Assembly (NCBI GenBank): GCA_031835245.2
Contig: JAVKOQ020000027.1
Span: 248,001 to 312,000, forward strand
Length of the DNA stretch: 64,000 nucleotides
Direction: 5' to 3'
Source of the DNA: Balamuthia mandrillaris
Taxonomy: Eukaryota
The translations under genes were made by a program, and so were the position numbers. Shown in pieces: positions 11,450 through 22,756 of this stretch; within the stretch, counting starts at the first letter, position 1; the number at the start of each line of letters is the position of its first letter. The notes under the pieces are model-generated. The model had not been told where the DNA came from and searched no databases. It was given only the letters and a program-made list of their open reading frames with translations.

Positions 11450-11868
11450 AGGAGAGGCTCGAAAAAACAACAACAACGACAACAAACCCCACGACAGATC
11501 CTTCAACGCAGTCATGGTGCCGATCGATTGTTCCAGTACGCTTCCTTTCTTCAAGCCAGGAGGGAAAAACACTTCTTGTGAACGAAAGAGATCCGCTATT
11601 ATATTTTTTGTGGTTTTTTTTAAACAGATTGATGATGGTGTTAAAAAAAGCACTTTACAATCAAATCAAATCAAAATGGTGGACACGCACCTCTCCCAAA
11701 AGAGTCGGACGTTCGTCGGGCAGCAATGGCCATCAGCGAAGGGTGATGCGAGCCATCCGAGCTGCTCATGGCACCCCCACCACCTCTCGACAACCCGACA
11801 ATGGATCCCTCCCTCGAGAGCCGCATTGCCCCTTTCTCCTTGCCTTTGTCTTTGCTGCTTCCTTCCAT
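9575..11868 (-). CDS. EIF2B1: Translation initiation factor eIF2B subunit alpha, multi-exon, with probable N-terminal extension
   Basis: [91 protein letters not shown]. The upstream exon from 11868 splices in frame via intron 11596-11690. Confidence 0.92.
10701..10889 (-). ncRNA. Candidate intronic box C/D sno/scaRNA
   Basis: 9-bp terminal inverted repeat (TGTTTGTTC/GAACAAACA) flanking C-like box GTGATTA and D box CTGA in kink-turn register. Internal D' CTGA and a long internal hairpin. Lies in the longest eIF2B-alpha intron. Confidence 0.5.
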
Positions 11869-12102
11869 ACCGCCTGTTTGCTTTTGCTTTTTTTTCTTCG
11901 TCGCAGATAATTATTGTTGTTGTGACGTCATTTTATCACGATTATCCGTCGACATAAAATAACGACATAAAGTTAAAATTTGTGCAGGAGGATTGCAGTT
12001 ATTGGGCAGTTCATTTTTTTGTGTGATTCTGAATTTTTTCCAGGAATATTTTTTGTGTTGTTTTTAAGGTGGACGGTAACACACAAAAAATTATTTCATC
12101 CT

Positions 12103-13539
12103 ATGGAGCGGAACAATGTGTTACAACGTGCAGGGGTTTTGCCAGGCATCACCTCCGACGACCCAGCTGCACGCTACGATGCCACCAAACGCTGCCGCCT
12201 GCTGTTGTGTCAGGACGAAAACCAGGAAACGGTTCAGCAGGTCTTGGACGCGGACGTGCTGCCTCGGTTGCTCCAGTCCATGAGCCTTCAAGAGGACAAG
12301 CCGGAGCTCACTTTCGAGAGCTGTTGGGCACTCAGCAGCATGGCCTCTTGCGGCTCTTCCTCCCAGCTGCAGGCCTTGGTGGAACGTGGAGCACTGCCAA
12401 CACTGATCAACCTCTTATCCTCCAGCAATCCACAACTTCAGGAGCAAGCGTACGCTCTCGCGTTTTCCTTTCTGTTTCGTTTGTCCTTATGCTTTTTTTT
12501 TGGATGAAGCTGCACGGCCATAGGCTTCATCGCCAAAGCAGGAGAGCAGCTGCGAGACCACTGCCTGGCTAGTGGTGCCCTCGATGCAGTGGTGGCGTCC
12601 CTTACCCACTGTGGGCAGCTGTCTGTTCTGCGGCAGGCGGCCTGGACCTTGTCCATCCTCTGTAGCCACAACTTGCGAGACAGCGCTTCCTCTCCAGCCA
12701 ATTGGGGCTTCGTTAAAAAAGCGTTGCCCACGTTGTGCAGATTGTTGTACAGCCAGGACGAAGAGGTGCTCACTGACACAACCTGGGCATTGGCCTACCT
12801 GACCGATGAACGAAGGGCCAACCAACTGGACGAAGTGACACAAGCGGGCGTAGTGCGTCCTTTGATGCAGCTGGCCAAGACCAGTCGCTCTACCGCGGTG
12901 CTTTGTCCTGTGGTGAAGATCTTGGCCAACTTCGCTGATGGCCACGACCTACATCGCCAATTGCTGCTCAATCAAGGCTTGCTTCCTTTGCTCTCCTCCT
13001 CTTTGCTTGCTCATCCGAAGATCAGCATCCAAGTGGATGCCTTTCGAGCACTAGCCAACATGGCCACGGGCAATGGTGATCAACTGCAGGCTATTCTCGA
13101 TTCCAACTTGTGGAGCTGTCTTGTGACAAGCTTGGAAGCGGGTGGCCCGCTAGTGGGCGGCACGCCAGTTGACCCTAGGGTCAGAAAGGAGATCGTTCGT
13201 GCCATCCATAACTTTGCTTCTGCATGTCATTCGAGCCAGTTGCTGCGCATCCTCTCAAGTAGTCTTATCCAAGCGCTTTGCGACCTTTTGGATTTCAGGA
13301 ACCGTGCCGTGGAAGACACAGTGTTGCAAACCGTATTGGAAACCCTAGAGCATTTGCTGCCTGCGCACGAAGCGGTGGCCGAGCTCATCGAGTCGGCGGG
13401 AGGCTTGGATTGGATAGAGGAGTTGCAGGCTCACCAAAACAACGAAATATATGAGACCGCGCTCCGTATTCTCGAGACCTACTATGTGGGAGAAGAAGAA
13501 GAAGAAGATGAAGCAATGGAAGGGTTTGTTGTGCTGTAA
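12103..13539 (+). CDS. Importin-alpha-like ARM-repeat protein, paralog 1 (no IBB domain), 2 exons
   Basis: FESCWALSSMAS, AAWTLSILC, DTTWALAYLTD, GGLDWIEELQAHQNNEIYETALRILETYY (ARM10/C-terminal importin-alpha motif). Confidence 0.88.
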
Positions 13540-13647
13540 TGCTCCAGGCAGGCAAGGAGGAAAATATTTCTTGGAATATTTTTGAACATGCGTGCATATA
13601 AATACTTCAATAAAATTTTATCTTGTTGCAAGAGACCTGAACTACAA

Positions 13648-14912
13648 ATGGAACAAACCGCTGGCTCGTTGGATGCCGACCGGCTGCCCCAGCTGCTCCA
13701 GGCCATGAGCCTGGAGGACCAGCCGGAGCTCCGCCTCGAGAGCTGTTCGACCCTCGCCCGCATAGCCTCTTCCGGCTCGTCCTCCCAACTTCAGGCCTTA
13801 GTCCAAGCCGGAGCACTGCCCAAGTTGATCGAGCTGTTATCTTCTTCTGACCCACAACTTCAAGAGTCTGCGTACGTTGTGTCTTCTTTCTTGTCGTTTC
13901 TTTCTTTCTTTCTTATGACGTTTTCACTCCCAAAAGTTGTGCGGTGATAGGAAGCACAGCCAAGGCCGGAGAAGGCCTACGAGACCAGTGCCTCAAGAGC
14001 GGCGCTCTCTCGGCTTTGCTTCCTCTCCTCACTCAACGTGCCTCCTCCCTTTCTCTGCAACGACAGGCGGTCTGGACCCTCTCCAACCTCTGTCGACACG
14101 ACCTGGAGGACAGCTCCTCCTCCCCTGCCGACTGGGACACCATCCAACACGCCTTGCCCTCCTTGGCCGTCCTGCTCTACCACCAAGATATGCAGGTGAT
14201 TGGTGATGCGGCCTGGGCTTTAGCCTACATGACGGACGATCGCTTCTACGACCGGGTGGACGCCGTGCTGCAAGCCAACGTGGCGCGTCGTCTGGTGGAG
14301 CTGGGACTTGCCAGGAGCAGCTCCGTGGTGCTTCCGGTGGTGAAGACCCTTGCCAACATTGCCGGCAGCCCTCAGGACATTCACCGCCAGCTTCTCCTCA
14401 ACTGTGGCTTGCTTCCTGTGCTCTCCATGCTGCTCTGCCATCCAACCACAGCCATCCGGGCGGAGGCCTTTCGAGCGCTGGCCAACCTGGCCCTGGGGAA
14501 CGCCCAACAGCTACAGGCCATTCTCGAAGCTAACCTGTGGTCTCCCCTTGTGGCCGCCTTGCAACAATCACAGGTGGGTTCAACCGTTGAAAAGGAGAGC
14601 ATCCGTGCTATCCATCTCTTTGTTTCCGCGTGCAATGCGCGCCAGCTGCAGTACGTTCTCTCGAGAGAGCTGGTCCACGCGCTGTGCGAGCATTTGGATG
14701 GCAAGGATGCGGCGCTATTGGAGAGAGTGTTGGATGCCTTGGACTGCTTGTTGAAGGCCGCCAAGGAAGTGGTGGCCGGATGGGTGGAGGAAGTGAAGGG
14801 CTTGCAGCGCATCGACCAACTTCAGTGCCACGAAAGCAATCAAGTCTACGAGAAAGCGCGTCACCTCATTGAGGCCCACTTTGAAGAACCTGAAGAGAAA
14901 GTGGAGCACTGA
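13648..14912 (+). CDS. Importin-alpha-like ARM-repeat protein, paralog 2 (no IBB domain), 2 exons
   Basis: AVWTLSNLCR, DAAWALAYMTD, KGLQRIDQLQCHESNQVYEKARHLIEAHF. Same intron position and phase as paralog 1. Confidence 0.88.
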
Positions 14913-14987
14913 AGAGGAAGTTTAAAAAAAAAGGTGCTTTTGATTGTGAAGACCAAACAAAAAATGCAAAAAAAAAAGTATCTCTTG

Positions 14988-16248
14988 TTAGTGAGCATCA
15001 GCAGCATAAGCAGGGTGATCAGGGTACTTGGCCAAGTGTTCCTCGAGCTCCGCCCTCTGTTCCTGCAGGTGCAGAGGGATGTCGTGAAAGACGTCCGTCC
15101 AGAGTTCATCTCTGTGAGGCTTCGGTGTCTTCTCCACCATCCTCAACGTCTCCAGGACCTGCTGCCTGCACTCCTTTCTCAACTCCTTATCCTCCTCCTC
15201 GCTCCACCAATCCTCCGCCTCTCCGGTCTTATCCTTGGTCTTGTTGCGCAGGAAGTAGTTCTTCATCCTAGTGATGGGGTTCCTATCGCCCATCCAACTG
15301 CGGATCTCCTCCGGAGAGCGATAGCGGGTGGAGTCATCACTGGTGGAGTGGTGGCTCACGCGGTAGGTCATGGCCTCGATGAGCACCGGCTTGGGGTCCT
15401 CTGGGTCCATTACCATCTCGCGGGCCTTTTTTGTGGCCACGTAGACGGCCCATACGTCGTTGCCGTCCACTCGCACTGTGTGGATGCCGTAGGCTGGGCC
15501 GCGTCCCGCAATACCATCACCTGCATATTGTTCTTTGACTGGCGTACTGTTGGTAGGGTATTAGCATATGAGTAGGGAAAAATGAAAAGATAAAAAAATA
15601 AAGATAAAATGGAGAACCTAATGGCGTAGCCGTTGTTTCTGCAAAAGAAAATGGTGGGGCACTTCAAAGTTGCAGCAAAGTTAAGGGCAGCATGAAAGTC
15701 GCCCTCGCTGGCTGCGCCCTCTCCAAAGTAGGCAATGACACAGTTGGGCTTTTTGGCTCTCTTCATAGCGTAGGCGGCACCAGCCGCATGAGGGATTTGA
15801 GTTCCCAGCGGAGAGGATATCGTTTGGAAGCTCAAGGCCTTGGAACCATAGTGCACCGGCATTTGTCGACCCTTGCCCAAATCCTTCTCGTTGCTGAAGC
15901 ATTGGTTCATAAAGTCCTCCAGTGTAAATCTTTGTTTTTTAAAATGGAGAAAGTAAGCAAAGAGAAAGCACAGGGCTAGAACGAGCACAAGAAAATGTGA
16001 GAACAAAGCGCTACATACCCTCGCCACATTAATACACCTTGCTCTCGGTATTGACCATACACAACATCAGATTTGTCCAATACAGAAGCAGTACCGATGT
16101 GGGTGGCTTCCTCTCCAAAACTGGTCATATAGAAGGAAATCCGTCCTTGCCTTTGAGCTGTTCACAGAGTTTTAGTTAAGAGAAGTTGAGGATAGGGAGA
16201 AGAGCATTAACCACTCGTTTGTTAGGAATTTATTTCTTCTCCCGTTCT

Positions 16249-16286
<38 letters not shown>

Positions 16287-16415
16287 CTTCGTAAAGAACA
16301 GAGTCCATTGTATTAAGCAATACCATGTGTTTATACATTTTGAGCGCAACGTCCTTTGGTACCTGTATTGGATCAGAGGCAAATAACAGTGCGTATGAAA
16401 AAAATTTTGCGACAC

Positions 16416-16455
<40 letters not shown>

Positions 16456-17118
16456 AGGAAAGCCGTTGAAAAAAGCATAGAACAAAAAAAAAAGAAAACG
16501 AAAAACTAATACAGAAAAAAAAATGACAACAACGAAAGCAAAGAATAAAACAATAAGAAAGAAAGAGAAGAAGAAGAAGAACAAGAAGAAGAAGAAAAAG
16601 GAAGCACGTACGTTGGGGTCAAGAGAAGGGTCAATAACGACACCGGACTCATCCATTACCCGGAAACAAGGAAACAAAGAAAAGCTCTTGACGAACTTGA
16701 GGTCCGTGGTGAAGGGGGAGTGCGAAATGGGGTGGCACTGACTTTCATCTGTGGTCGTTGTTGTCGCGGGACCCGAGCTCTTTGTGCCCTTTGGTGCGCT
16801 GGCAAAAGTCTTTTTCAAATATTAAAAACACATATGAGATTATTAAAAGTTACAAAAAAAAAAGTGGAGAAAGAAAGAAGGAAGGAACAAAAGAGAGCAG
16901 ACAAAGAGGCAAAGATTAACCCGTATGCGAGAAGAAATCGAAAGGGCTGAAGTAGCGCCACTACACGAAAGCAGGGAGGAGGACGCGGAAACGGCCCCGC
17001 CGATTCGAAAAGAAGCCGGAGAAGAAAGCAGCAGGGAACTGTTCGCAACGCGTTGCGGCCGCGCAAAGTTCCTCACCGCAAGGGGTGACCGCAGATGAGT
17101 CGCCACGCTCTTCATCAT
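14988..17118 (-). CDS. BCKDHA: Branched-chain 2-oxoacid dehydrogenase E1 alpha, mitochondrial
   Basis: [15 protein letters not shown]-binding [37 protein letters not shown], phosphorylation loop [12 protein letters not shown], Arg/Ser-rich presequence. Confidence 0.95.
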
Positions 17119-17455
17119 GTCGCGGGGGTTTCGTCCGTTTCTTTTTAGCTTCCCGCTAAAATTTGTCGACAGCGCCCAATAAAAAATTCGTCGTTGTAAT
17201 TCTCCTGGCTTGCTGCAAAGATTGACCACCATTTGTGCTGGATCTGTTTCGCTTATGGATATTGATCTTATATGATCTTGCTGGTTATCCAATGGGAAAT
17301 CAAATTTAAATTAAATGCTGACGTGTCCGTTTTTTTTCAGAGTAACGCACTCTTTCGCGGAAGTACGGAAGGCGACCAAGGAAAAAGAAAAGAGAAGAGC
17401 GAAGAGAAACAGGGCGCACGTACGAGTTCCAGCTGGAGGATAACTAAGGAAGACA

Positions 17456-17790
17456 ATGCAACCGCAGGAGGGAGAGCAGGCCTTCTCATGGAACAGGCTT
17501 CCGGGCGAGCTGAAAGTTCAGATATTGGGACAAGTGGAGAACGCTGGCGTGCTCTCGCGCGTTGCTCCATTGGTATGCAGGGAGTGGGCTCAGTTGGGCA
17601 GAGACTCGCTGGTGTGGAGACCGGTGTTCCTCCGCGACTTTCCGGGCCGTACCATTGAGAGACGTTGTGTCGACTGGAAGTTTGAATACAGAAGAGCACA
17701 TCAGCTGCAAACGAATTGGCAGACTTGTACGTCTCCTCCTGTTCTTTTTGGCTTTATGTTATCTTCTCTCACTCTCTCTCTCCCTCTCTT

Positions 17791-17835
<45 letters not shown>

Positions 17836-18657
17836 AACTTGCCTCTGCTCTTATCGATGAAGGGATGTTTTATGGTCGCACCATTCAATTCGAGCCAGAG
17901 GGGGACAATTACATTTCGGACCTTCACTTTGATGCCAGCCATGAGACGTACCTGTGGCTGGGCTTTCGACAGGGTGTTGCTCTCTGTGATCCCGCTCAGT
18001 CCTTTGCGGTCAAAGCCTACTTCCGTACTGCTACAAGGTACCTCTCGTTTGTTGGGCTTACCTTCTTGTATCTTCCTTCTTCTTATTTTGCATTAACACC
18101 AACACATAAAACTACAAAGGTTGACTAGAGTTCGATTCGTGAAGGAAGGCGTGGGAGCAACGGGCCACACGGATGGAGTTATTCAGCTTTGGGACATCCC
18201 CAAAGAAGGCCGGAGCTCTTTGTTGTTCTCGTTTGACGAAGGCAGCGACTGGGTCAACTCCATGGAAATAGACACTCAATCCGGTGGTTTGGGCCATCAC
18301 ATAGTAGCCGGCTATGGCAACAACGACATTAAGATATGGGATGTTGAGGCTCAGCAACGAAGCTCCATTCTTCAGGGGCATAGCGCACCTGTCTCCTGTG
18401 TTAAGGTTCATGACTTTAACAAGATTTTTTTCTTTCTTTTCGGAACTAATAAGGACTTTCACTAATGTGAAATACAGTGCGATGACCAACATGTGGCTTC
18501 AAGTTCTTTGGATAAGAGCATTCGTTTGTGGGATAGACGTAACGACGAGTGCGCCTGCACTTATACTTCTGAGAATACCGGCTCTGTCCGTTGTTTCCAG
18601 TATGACTTACAGCGAAACCTGCTTGTCGCAGGAGAAGGTTATTGCTTTATCCCATTC

Positions 18658-18698
<41 letters not shown>

Positions 18699-19117
18699 CT
18701 TCTTTCTCGCTCTTATGTGCTGAATGCTTGTTTGTGTGGTATATAATACAGCATCTGGCACAGTCTCCATATGGGATATGAGGGTAAACCATGAACCATT
18801 GGAGACTTTCAAAGCGCATTCCAACAGCGTGCAGTGCCTACAGTTTTTGGGAGACCGCCTTGTGACAGGAGGCAGAGATAGATGCGCCAGAGGTACTTAT
18901 TATTTTCATATCAGTCTTTTTGCTTTTGCTCACATTTTCTCTGCATGAAGTGTGGAAGTTATCAGACGTGAGAGACACTTCCCCATTCCTGCTTTCGGGT
19001 ACCCCAGCTTTTACGGACTGGGTGAAAGCCGTACAAATGAACGATAGCAAGCTCTTTGTTGCTTCCAGCGCCACCTCGGTGCTTGACTTCACGCCGACCG
19101 CTGAACAGCTCAACTGA
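17456..19117 (+). CDS. F-box/WD40-repeat protein
   Basis: WNRLPGELKVQIL...PLVCREW...DSLVWR (F-box), then WD repeats TGHTDGVIQLWD, GYGNNDIKIWD, SSSLDKSIRLWD, TVSIWD. Confidence 0.88.
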
Positions 19118-19266
19118 ACAGAAGGCATTTTATTCTATCCAACAAAAGGTTAAACTGTACAGCTGCCAACGTTGTGTGTGTTTACCGAATGCAAATGAGC
19201 TTTGTTGCGGTCTCTCTCAGCTGGTAAAAAGGCTCACGCAAGAATCTCCATGCCAGCAACGAGGGA

Positions 19267-19308
<42 letters not shown>

Positions 19309-19399
19309 CAAAATAATATGGTGCAGCACAAACATGAAGAAGGCACGAGAGCAACGTGCCAACAACAACAAAAGAAGAGGCAGAGAAGCAAAAAAAAAA

Positions 19400-19501
19400 A
19401 GGATACAGCACGATGGATTCCCAGTACTAACATCGCCTGGCGGAGCTTAACTTTGCTGATCGGACGGGAAGCGGTGCTTTCTCCGCAGTATGGCCGTATC
19501 C
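19400..19501 (-). rRNA. 5S rRNA gene copy with an internal deletion of about 17 nt (variant or pseudogene)
   Basis: Reverse complement GGATACGGCCATACTGCGGAGAAAGCACCGCTTCCCGTCCGATCAGCAAAGTTAAGCTCCGCCAGGCGATGTTAGTACTGGGAATCCATCGTGCTGTATCC followed by T10. Typical eukaryotic 5S landmarks, but only about 102 nt instead of about 119. Confidence 0.9.
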
Positions 19502-19542
19502 AACCCTCTTGGCCACTCCCTCGCAGCACGGCCACACCCATT

Positions 19543-19637
19543 AAAGCCAAAGCTATGGGGATTGCAGAAGAAAGGACCTTTCATCCAGAACTCGGTGTTG
19601 GTGACCTTTCTTCTGCAATCCCCATGGCTTTGGCTTT
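19543..19637. repeat. 33-bp near-perfect inverted repeat (hairpin) with 29-nt loop
   Basis: Arm 19543-19575 AAAGCCAAAGCTATGGGGATTGCAGAAGAAAGG pairs with 19605-19637 CCTTTCTTCTGCAATCCCCATGGCTTTGGCTTT. The single difference is a U-G wobble on the + strand. Confidence 0.95.
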
Positions 19638-19968
19638 TTTTGTTTTACAAACTGCATAATAGACAGCAGAGTTTTCTTTTTTTTAATCGCTTTAGCTACC
19701 TTCTTCTCCACATCCTCCTTCGTTTTTGGCATGGTAACGTTGTTTTGCTCTTCTTCGCTTGCTTCTCTCTCTTGTTCACTTTTCGACAATAATTGCTGTG
19801 GAAAGAAATTGCTAAGAAACGCTTCTCTGAAGAAACAAAAAACGCCTGTTCGTTCTTGTTGGTCGGCAGACGGTCCCCACACTGTTTGTCTCTCGCTTCC
19901 GCTTCTTTTTTTTTTTTTTTTTTTTGGAAGTGTGTTGTAAACTGATCATAAGAATCACAAAAAAAAAA

Positions 19969-20944
19969 ATGAGCCGACATTTTGGTTCGGGATCGGCCTT
20001 CCTCCAGTCGTTGGATCCAACAACGGGAACAACGACAAACAAACAACAGGTTGACGACTACGACGATGAAGACTACGACGAGGAGGAAGAGTACCATGAG
20101 GGAGAAGAGGGAGAAGAGGGAGAAGAGGAGTATTGGGAGGAAGAAGGAGGAGAAGGAGAGGAGGACCGTTGGGATGACGAAAACCTGGATGAAGAGGCAG
20201 CCGAATACGTTTACGACCGCGAGAAGAAGACGACCGCCTCCGCTTTCGACTTTTCCAGTCTTTTGCAGCAACCCCCTCTGCTTGAGCAGAACAAACAGCA
20301 ACCGAAGGGAGGCAAACGGAGAAACAGCAACAACAACAAAACAGGCCAAAAGGAAAAGGAGGAGTGCCTCGCTTTGCAGGACCAACAGCTGGCTCAGTTG
20401 AGGCAGCATTATTCTGGAGAGGAGGAGAAAGGAGTTGTTCGCGTGTCGGCGTTTGCCAAGGGCTCTCGTTTGCTGCAGCTCTCTTTTACCAATGATAGTG
20501 CTCCTCGCGGTAAAGAGACTTCCATGTCTTCTTTCTTTCTTGCTTGTCGTTTCTTTCTTGTCGTTTCTTGTCGTTTCTTTCTTTCTCTCTTTCTTTCTCT
20601 CTTTCTTTCTTGTCGTTTCTTTCTTTCTTGTCGTTTCTTTCTTGTCGTTTCTTTCTTTCTTGTCGTTTCTTTCTTTCTTGTCGTTTCTTTCTTTCTTGTC
20701 GTTTCTTTCTTTCTTTCTTTCTTTCTTGTCGTTTCTTTCTTTCTTTTTCTTCTTCTTGTCGTTTTTCTTGTCGTTTCTTCTTTCTTTCTTGTCGTTTCTT
20801 TCTTTCTTTCTTTCTTTCTTTCTTGTCGTTTCTTTCTTTCTTTCTTGTCGTTTCTTTCTTTCTTTCTTCTTTCTTTCTTCTTTCTTTCTTTCTTTCTTTC
20901 TTTTCTTTCTTTTTCTTTCTTTTTCTTTCTTTCTTTCTTTTTCT

Positions 20945-20984
<40 letters not shown>

Positions 20985-21056
20985 TTCTTTCTTTCTTTCT
21001 TTTTCTTTCTTGTCGTTTTTTCTTTCTTTCTTTCTCTTTCTTTCTTTCTTTCTTTT

Positions 21057-21116
<60 letters not shown>

Positions 21117-22668
21117 GTCGTTTCGACCCGCTTTTTGCTGATATTTATTTATTGTTTCATGTTTGTTGCATATAGACAAAGCTGTAACTCTGAAGGTAGA
21201 CATCGAGCTCGGCGAAGGGTATCCGCTTCTTGAAACAGTTCCTCGCTCCATCAACGCCTCTTTGAAAACCCACAACAACACAAACACGAAAGAAAAGCAA
21301 AGAGAGGAGAAAGAAGAAGAAGATACGAATGAGTCAGCCAACGACGACAGCATCTCCTCGGCTGAGTCTGCTCTTGTACAAACATTGGTGAACTTATGGA
21401 GCTCTTCTTCGGCTGTCTCCGCTTCTTCTTCTTCCTCGATGCTGTTGAGCGCAGCACGTGTTTGCGAGAACTGGTTGGCCGTGTTCATTGAAAGAAGGCA
21501 AGGTTCGTCTATTATACCTTTTCATGTTAGTCTTGTTGTCGCATGTAGGTGTGAACCATTATCTCACCCAAACGATATGTTGCCTCTTCTCTCCGTGTTT
21601 TCTCTGCGCATAGCTGCTTGTATTGCAAAGAGGAAGGAACAGAGAAGAAAGCAAATCGCAGCAGAGCTAGTACGCCAACAACAAGAACAATCCAGTCCAA
21701 GCGATGATACCCCAAAGACACGGCCAACATCGGTCCTCGATAAAATCGTGGACGCCCGCAAGGGAAACCTCACGTTTGAACAGAGATTGCAAAAGGAGTA
21801 CGAAACCCGCTATGCAAGCATCTCTCGAGAGGAGCTGGCAGAGTTGCTGAAGAAGATGGCCCATAAGCTGAAGCAACAACAGGAGAAAGAGATTCGTTTG
21901 CAGCGGCTTAACCCAGGTTTCGTTCTTCTTCCTTTTTTATTTCTCTGTTCTTTGGGCGTTATGCTATCTGTTTCTTCTAGCTCACTTTTCCTCAACAGTA
22001 GCAACAACGACAAGGGGAATGTTACCTCTTCGCACCTTATGTCTTAAGAACATGGCCAAGCATCTGCTCTATTATGAATCACTGGAGGGCGTTCCTCTCT
22101 TCATCCGAACGCGAATCTTTGGCATTATCGTACAAAACTACGTGCTTCATCCGCTTCACTTGGCGCTGCTGTTGGAGGATGACGTGAAGAAGCTGGATCT
22201 CTCTCCACAAGCCACTTTCGTCACCGACGAGCATCTTTACGTTATCTCTTTGCGTTGTCGCAATCTTCGCAACTTGAACTTGCAGGGCTGTGCTGCCATC
22301 ACGGACGAAGGTTTGGCCAGCATTTGTTCGACCAACCATCAGCTGGCAAAGATCAACTTGCAAGGTTGCAAAAAACTCACTGTATGTCTTTGCACCTTCC
22401 TGATATTACCACCAGTTCGTGTTTTATAGCATGCTTAACATTCCTCTTCTACTTCTTTTATAGTCGCGCAGTCTCGCTGCTCTGGCTGCAGACTGTCCCA
22501 GCGTGCGTTTAATCTTTTTTTTAATCTTCCTGCTGCTCTGTTCTCTCCTTTCTTTCTTTCATGTCTTTTCTTGTCGTTTCTTTCTTTCTTTCTTTCTTTC
22601 TCGTCGTTTCTTTCTTTCTTTCTTTCTTTCTTGTCGTTTCTTTCTTTCTTTCTTTCTTTCTTGTCGTT

Positions 22669-22756
<88 letters not shown>

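Noticed and set aside
20409..21488. Long Lys/Glu/Arg-rich and Phe/Leu/Ser-rich ORFs (also 22503-22834, 35127-35710, 35913-36528, 29471-29987)
   Set aside because: Translations of intronic or UTR microsatellites, not genes.
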